Below, piece after piece: positions 6,132 through 10,345 of a DNA stretch of 10,345 nt. The notes under the pieces are model-generated. The model was not told the origin of the DNA. It worked only from the letters and a program-made list of their open reading frames with translations, and did not search any database. This DNA comes from a bacterium. Lineage in GTDB: Bacteria > Desulfobacterota > DSWW01. The translations under genes were made by a program, and so were the position numbers. The stretch is taken from positions 1 through 10,345 of the forward strand of contig JBFLZG010000034.1 of the NCBI GenBank assembly GCA_040756235.1. The letters run 5' to 3'. Positions within the stretch are counted from its first letter, which is position 1, and the number at the start of each line of letters is the position of its first letter.

Positions 6132-8569
6132 GCGACAGCGGGAAGGTTCGCGAAGCCCTGCGGGTTCTGGTCCTCCTCTTACTACCGGTGCTGGCCCTCG
6201 TCCCGACCGGCGCCGGTGCCGTCACGCGGAGCGAATTCACCCGCCAGGAATGCGCGATCTGCCACGTCCGCTGGCTCGATCCGATGGGCGCGCAGGAGGC
6301 GCCGGGCCAGGATCCGTGGAAGCCCTCCCTCATCAAGGAAACCCTGGACGTCGTGAGCAGCGAGGAGATGTGTTACAGCTGCCACGACGGTTTTGTCATG
6401 GACTCGCGCCACAGGGTCTGGGAGGGAACCGGCCACAGCGTGGGCAAGAAGCCTTCGCACAACATCCGACTGCCGGAAACCATGCCGCTCGACCGGGAGG
6501 GCAAGGTCTATTGCGGCACCTGCCACACGCCGCACGGGGTCGGAGAGCAGACCGCGGAGCTGACGGGCAGCGTCTTCCTGCGGACCGAAAACACGGATTC
6601 CAGGCTCTGCACCGAGTGCCACCGCGCAGAGCTGGAGGACCCGGGACGCAGGAACCACCCCGTGAACGTCCTCGGCAGGGAGGCCCTTCCCGGGGACGTC
6701 TACTGGCTCGGCGGCCGGCTCGCCACGGACCCGAAGAAGATCATCTGCCAGTCCTGCCACACGCCGCATGGCAAAGGAACGCTGATCCGGCCCGTCCTGG
6801 ATTCTTCTCTGTGCACGACGTGTCATGCGAGCAAGGCAGGGGGCGGCGCCTCTCTGCGGAACGGCGGCGGCGCGCATCCGGTCGGGATCGTCCCGGGCCG
6901 CGACCTTTCCGCTGCCCGGGTGAACCGCTACGGAGCGCGATGGGGCGACGGGCAGCGGCTCCTGTGCGCGACCTGCCACGGGACGCACTCCGGGCTGAGC
7001 CGGTCCATGACCCTCGACCCGGACCCTTCCCGCTTCTGTCAGGGTTGCCATCCGGAAGAGACGAACCGGCTTGCCGGAGGCAAGCACGACCTGCTCGAGA
7101 GCATGCCGGGAGCAAGGATCGGCAGCGGAGAGACCGCGAAGGAGTCCGGGATCTGCAGGACCTGTCACCGGGCCCACGGGTGGGCCCTGACGGGTCCGGA
7201 GGGCGTGCCCCAAGTCTCGTCGCTCTGCCTCGGCTGCCATCGGGAAGGGGGGAACGCCTCGCGCGCAACGGTCGGCCGTTACTCACATCCGGTCCACCTG
7301 GAGATCCCGAGCCTGCGGGAAGGGTCGAGCCTCAAGCCGGTCCGCAGGAACGGCAAGAGCGAAGTCGCGTGCTCGACCTGTCACGACCCGCACGGGGGCC
7401 ATGGCGCTGCCGGGCCCGCGTCCGCCCCGGCGGCAGCGGGCGCGGCCGACCCGATGCTGCGCGTTCCCGAGGGCGATCTCTGCAGGGAGTGCCATCTCGA
7501 GCACTTCACGGTCGAGGGGACGAGGCACGATCTGCGCACCGGGACCGGCCGCAAGAAGATCGAGGCCGTGTTCGGCCGGATCGGGGAAGGACATCCCTGC
7601 GTTCCCTGCCACAGCGTTCACCAGGGACGGGCGCGAGGGCTGTGGTTCGCCGAGCTGCCCCTGGCGGAGAACAGCTTCGACGCGGAGGAGACCACGCGGA
7701 AGTGCCTGACCTGCCATCGGCTCGAGCCTTTCGGGAGGATCCGGGAAAAGATGGGCCACCCGGTCGGGAAGCCCATGAAGACCGAGTACCTGCCGGCACC
7801 CGCGGACGAGCTGAGGCTCGGCCGCATCACGACGGATCCGGAAGGGCACCGAGACGTCGTGATCTGCTCGACCTGTCACCTCAACCACGGCCGGAAGAAC
7901 CCGGACGGCTCGGTGACCCTGTACGCGGGGGGAGGAGTGGCCGGAGGGGACCTCTGCATCGCCTGCCACCGCGCCAACGCCAGGATCATCGGCTCCCCGC
8001 ACGACTTCCGCAAGGTCCCGGACGGCTCTTTCCGGCCCGACGGGGGCCGCAGCCTGAAATCCGGGGTGTGCGCCGGCTGCCACGTGAACCACGAGGCGTC
8101 GATCGAGAAAGGGCTGATCGCGTTTGCCGTGAACCCGCCCAAGGGAAAGGGCAATCCGGAAGACATGTTCTGCCTGCACTGCCACCTCGACCCCAGGGTC
8201 CGGACCGGGCAGACGGCCCGGTTCTACATTCATTCCTCCGGCGACGAGGTCCAGAGGCGCTTCGAGGAGATGCAGGCGCAACCCGGAGCGCGCCTGGCAG
8301 GACGGCTCGGCGAGCCCACCCGCACGACGTCGGGCGGATATGAGGCGCTGTTCCGCATTCACTGCACGACCTGTCACGACAACCATCGATGGACGCCGAT
8401 GGCGGCGGCGGAAGCTCCATCCTTCTCCAACACCGTCCTCACTTCGTTCCTCCGAGGCATCGACGTCGCGGAGACGCTCTGCGCGAACTGCCACGGAGCG
8501 GAGGCGTTGTACCGCTACCGCTTCTATCACCAGGAGCGGGCTTTCCGCATCCGCATCCCGAACGAGTGA
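6128..8569 (+). CDS. 20-heme cytochrome c of doubled-CXXCH repeat type, Sec-exported, 813 aa
   Basis: ATGA overlap with the upstream stop (6128-6131). Signal peptide RVLVLLLLPVLALVPTGAGA has no lipobox Cys. 20 canonical CXXCH counted from CAICH to CANCH. Nine modules of the form H..CXXCHXXH..CXXCH. Confidence 0.92.
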   Translation: MSDSGKVREALRVLVLLLLPVLALVPTGAGAVTRSEFTRQECAICHVRWLDPMGAQEAPGQDPWKPSLIKETLDVVSSEEMCYSCHDGFVMDSRHRVWEGTGHSVGKKPSHNIRLPETMPLDREGKVYCGTCHTPHGVGEQTAELTGSVFLRTENTDSRLCTECHRAELEDPGRRNHPVNVLGREALPGDVYWLGGRLATDPKKIICQSCHTPHGKGTLIRPVLDSSLCTTCHASKAGGGASLRNGGGAHPVGIVPGRDLSAARVNRYGARWGDGQRLLCATCHGTHSGLSRSMTLDPDPSRFCQGCHPEETNRLAGGKHDLLESMPGARIGSGETAKESGICRTCHRAHGWALTGPEGVPQVSSLCLGCHREGGNASRATVGRYSHPVHLEIPSLREGSSLKPVRRNGKSEVACSTCHDPHGGHGAAGPASAPAAAGAADPMLRVPEGDLCRECHLEHFTVEGTRHDLRTGTGRKKIEAVFGRIGEGHPCVPCHSVHQGRARGLWFAELPLAENSFDAEETTRKCLTCHRLEPFGRIREKMGHPVGKPMKTEYLPAPADELRLGRITTDPEGHRDVVICSTCHLNHGRKNPDGSVTLYAGGGVAGGDLCIACHRANARIIGSPHDFRKVPDGSFRPDGGRSLKSGVCAGCHVNHEASIEKGLIAFAVNPPKGKGNPEDMFCLHCHLDPRVRTGQTARFYIHSSGDEVQRRFEEMQAQPGARLAGRLGEPTRTTSGGYEALFRIHCTTCHDNHRWTPMAAAEAPSFSNTVLTSFLRGIDVAETLCANCHGAEALYRYRFYHQERAFRIRIPNE

Positions 8570-8583
8570 GCCCTCCGAAAAAA

Positions 8584-8643
8584 GGGCGACGCATGCGTCG
8601 CCCCTTCAAGAGCGGGACGGGCGCAGCATGCAGCCTCCCTGCA
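8584..8643 (-). repeat. Two tandem GTAG-type REP-like palindromes directly after the operon stop
   Basis: Perfect 20-bp palindrome GGGCGACGCATGCGTCGCCC (8584-8603) followed by CTTC, then a degenerate copy GGGCGCAGCATGCAGCCTCCCTGC from 8619. The tails resemble CCCCTAC, the reverse of GTAGGGG. Confidence 0.65.
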
Positions 8644-8710
8644 ACGCCTCCTCATATATTGGCCAGGCAGGCGGCTCGCGGCCGGCCCGGCGGCTTGAAG
8701 GTAATGGGAG

Positions 8711-8783
8711 ATTGCGAGCGTAGCGAAGCAACCTCCCTGGCTCCGGGGGTTGCTTCGGTCGCCTGTGGCTCCCTCGCAATGTC
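8711..8783. repeat. Long REP-doublet-like hairpin (ATTGCGAG..CGAAGCAA family)
   Basis: ATTGCGAG (8711-8718) pairs with CTCGCAAT (8773-8780). CGAAGCAACCTCC (8724-8736) pairs with GGGGGTTGCTTCG (8745-8757), with one G.U pair. Confidence 0.7.
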
Positions 8784-9132
8784 CGCAACACTTCGTGTCC
8801 TCGCTCCGCCCGGTCAAGGCGCCTTGCCCGGGGGATGACGGACTATGATTCAGCGGTTGGCGACGGCCGCACGGATGCGCCGTCCGACTTGCGGAACGCC
8901 GCGACCCCTTGCGGATTGTCACCAGCCGGCAAGCGCCCGGAGCGCGCTCGGAGCGAGGGGGCCGGTGCAGGGCCGTGATCCGATCGATCCCGATCACGCC
9001 GCAACCGATGGCCCGACACGCCGGAACCTGCCCGGAATTTGCAGGTTTTTCTTGGGACCCAGCGGTTGCGCCGGAGAAGCTCCGAGCGCGGCCTGGGCCC
9101 CGCGAGCCCGCGTTGTTCCGCACCGGGCGGAC

Positions 9133-9148
9133 CGGCATGGAGATTGCC
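9133..9148 (+). promoter_or_regulatory. Second sigma54-like -24/-12 promoter
   Basis: CGGCATGGAGATTGCC has GG-N10-GC spacing with GGCA and TTGC intact. It lies about 35 nt upstream of GTG9182. Confidence 0.65.
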
Positions 9149-9152
9149 AGAC

Positions 9153-9177
9153 AAAAAGCCCCGAGAAAGGGGGGCTT
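9153..9177 (-). terminator. Hairpin reading as an intrinsic terminator on the minus strand; overlaps the plus-strand RBS
   Basis: AAGCCCC (9156-9162) pairs with GGGGCTT (9171-9177). The plus-strand A-run at 9153-9157 gives a U-tract on the minus strand. Confidence 0.4.
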
Positions 9178-9181
9178 CCGC

Positions 9182-10267
9182 GTGCGTTCCGGCAAACGTC
9201 TACTCGTGCTGGTCCTGTTCCTCGTTTCCTCTGTTCCTCTCACCCGTTCGCTTCTCCATGCGGCGCGCGCAGGCGCGGTGTCCAGGGGCGTGGACGAGGA
9301 AAACTGCCTCATGTGCCACAAGTACCCGAAGATGGGGGCCTACACGCTGGAGAGAGGAAGGACCTATTACGTGGGGGAAAAGTCGTACGCCCAGTCGGTA
9401 CACGCCAAGGTGCCCTGCCGGGGCTGCCACACCGACATCGACCAGATCCCGCATCGCAAAGACCACCGGAACGTCGATTGCGCGACCGCGTGCCACATGA
9501 AGGACCCGTTCTCGAACCGGGAGTTCTCTCACGCGCCGATCCGCGACACCCTGATGGCGAGCATCCACGCCGCCAAGGAGAACGAGCCGCCGGAGAAGAC
9601 CCGGCACAAGCCGGACTGCAAGTACTGTCATCTGAACCCGCTGATCCAGTACGAGCGGGACTACGAGACGCAGTCGAGTCTGAAACGCTGCCGCGACTGC
9701 CACGAGGCCAGAGGCGTGGAGAAGGCCTTCGACCACGTGCTGTACCGCATGGGGCGCAGGACCTCGCGGGACTCCACGGAGATCGTCGACCTCTGTTCCT
9801 CCTGCCACGCCGACCACAGCCTGATGAAGGTCTTCGACAAGTCGGACGCCCCGGCCAAAGGGTACAAGGAGTACTTCCACGGCAAGGCGGTGATGCGGGG
9901 CTGGGGAAAACCGGCCAACTGCGCGGACTGCCACACCGCCCACGCGGTCTACCAGAAGGACGATCCGCGCTCCACGGTCTTCCTGGAAAGGCGGCTGGCG
10001 ACCTGCGGCGCAAACCCCTCCTGCCACCCGAGCGCCAACGCGAACTTCGTGCAGGCGGCGGTCCACGTGGCGATCGAAGAGGAGGAGAACAGGGCCCTCA
10101 TCTGGGTGAACCGCGGATTCCGCCTTCTCACGGTGGGCACGATGTCTTTCCTCATCCTGCACGTCGCCCTGGATCTGAATCGCCATTTCCTGAATCGCCT
10201 GGGAGCGCTGCGCGGCCGGCGGCGAAGGCGGGTTCGACCCGCAGGGGCGGAGGACGGGGATGTATGA
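9182..10267 (+). CDS. Multiheme cytochrome c (8 motifs) with C-terminal TM anchor; unfused paralog of the c-domain of 3044-4987 (CbcA-like architecture), about 361 aa
   Basis: GTG9182 is preferred: AAAGGGGGG lies upstream at 9166-9174, and the alternative ATG9137 sits inside the predicted promoter. Signal peptide present. Motifs: CLMCH, CRGCH, CATACH, CKYCH, CRDCH, CSSCH, CADCH, CGANPSCH. TM GFRLLTVGTMSFLILHVAL, then an Arg-rich tail. Confidence 0.9.
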   Translation: MRSGKRLLVLVLFLVSSVPLTRSLLHAARAGAVSRGVDEENCLMCHKYPKMGAYTLERGRTYYVGEKSYAQSVHAKVPCRGCHTDIDQIPHRKDHRNVDCATACHMKDPFSNREFSHAPIRDTLMASIHAAKENEPPEKTRHKPDCKYCHLNPLIQYERDYETQSSLKRCRDCHEARGVEKAFDHVLYRMGRRTSRDSTEIVDLCSSCHADHSLMKVFDKSDAPAKGYKEYFHGKAVMRGWGKPANCADCHTAHAVYQKDDPRSTVFLERRLATCGANPSCHPSANANFVQAAVHVAIEEEENRALIWVNRGFRLLTVGTMSFLILHVALDLNRHFLNRLGALRGRRRRRVRPAGAEDGDV

Positions 10268-10345
10268 ATTCCCTCTCCCCCGCGTCACGGGGGAGAGGGC
10301 CAGGGGGAGGGGGAACAGGAGCAGATTCACCCCTCATCCTGCCTT
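10260..10345 (+). CDS. Possible 5' end of a translationally coupled downstream gene (truncated)
   Basis: SD GGAGG at 10249-10253. ATG10260 and ATG10264 (ATGA overlap) are both open to the window end. The product cannot be identified. Confidence 0.35.
   Translation, partial: MYEFPLPRVTGERARGRGNRSRFTPHPA
10271..10345. repeat. BoxC-like pyrimidine/purine palindromic repeat pair, truncated
   Basis: CCCTCTCCCCCG-cgtca-CGGGGGAGAGGG (12-bp stem, 10271-10299), then the tail CCAGGGGGAGGGGG. An inverted copy begins at CCCCTCATCCTG (10330 onward). Resembles the CCCTCTCCC..GGGAGAGGG..GGGTGAGGG pattern. Confidence 0.65.

Noticed and set aside
6128..8569. Assigning specific names (omcS, mtrA, hmcA) or calling it a polymerising nanowire or lipoprotein
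   Set aside because: Heme count and spacing do not match those proteins, there is no lipobox, and no porin gene is in the window. Gene symbols for the cbc-like genes were also withheld because orthology cannot be shown without a search.
8909..9181. Upstream extension of the 452-aa ORF
   Set aside because: It covers the predicted promoter region, and the signal peptide begins only after 9182.
2864..10330. Long antisense or alternate-frame ORFs (e.g. 2864-4978 -, 4827-6083 -, 6250-8343 +, 7283-8530 -, 9200-10330 -)
   Set aside because: These are shadow ORFs expected in high-GC coding DNA. They lack motifs and overlap well-supported genes.

Overview
High-GC bacterial DNA; the gene content suggests an anaerobic Desulfobacterota/deltaproteobacterium-like organism (inference). 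The left end has a 4-TM membrane protein gene converging on a short single-domain asparaginase-like gene, amid many small palindromic repeats, including two copies of a MITE-like element and CGTC-type REPs. The core is a predicted sigma54 promoter (TGGCACGTGAATTGC, 1988-2002) ahead of four genes that overlap at their junctions. They encode an exported NHL beta-propeller, an 8-motif cytochrome c fused to an FdnI-like cytochrome b (CbcL/CbcBA-like architecture), a membrane-anchored 3-motif cytochrome c, and a 20-heme cytochrome c built from doubled-CXXCH modules. After REP-like repeats, a second sigma54-like promoter (9133-9148) precedes an unfused paralog of the 8-motif cytochrome. A coupled downstream ORF probably starts inside a BoxC-like repeat at the window edge. 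In total there are 39 putative heme c attachment motifs, 5 of them non-canonical. The locus looks like a sigma54-regulated quinol-to-periplasm electron conduit, with fused and split paralogs side by side.
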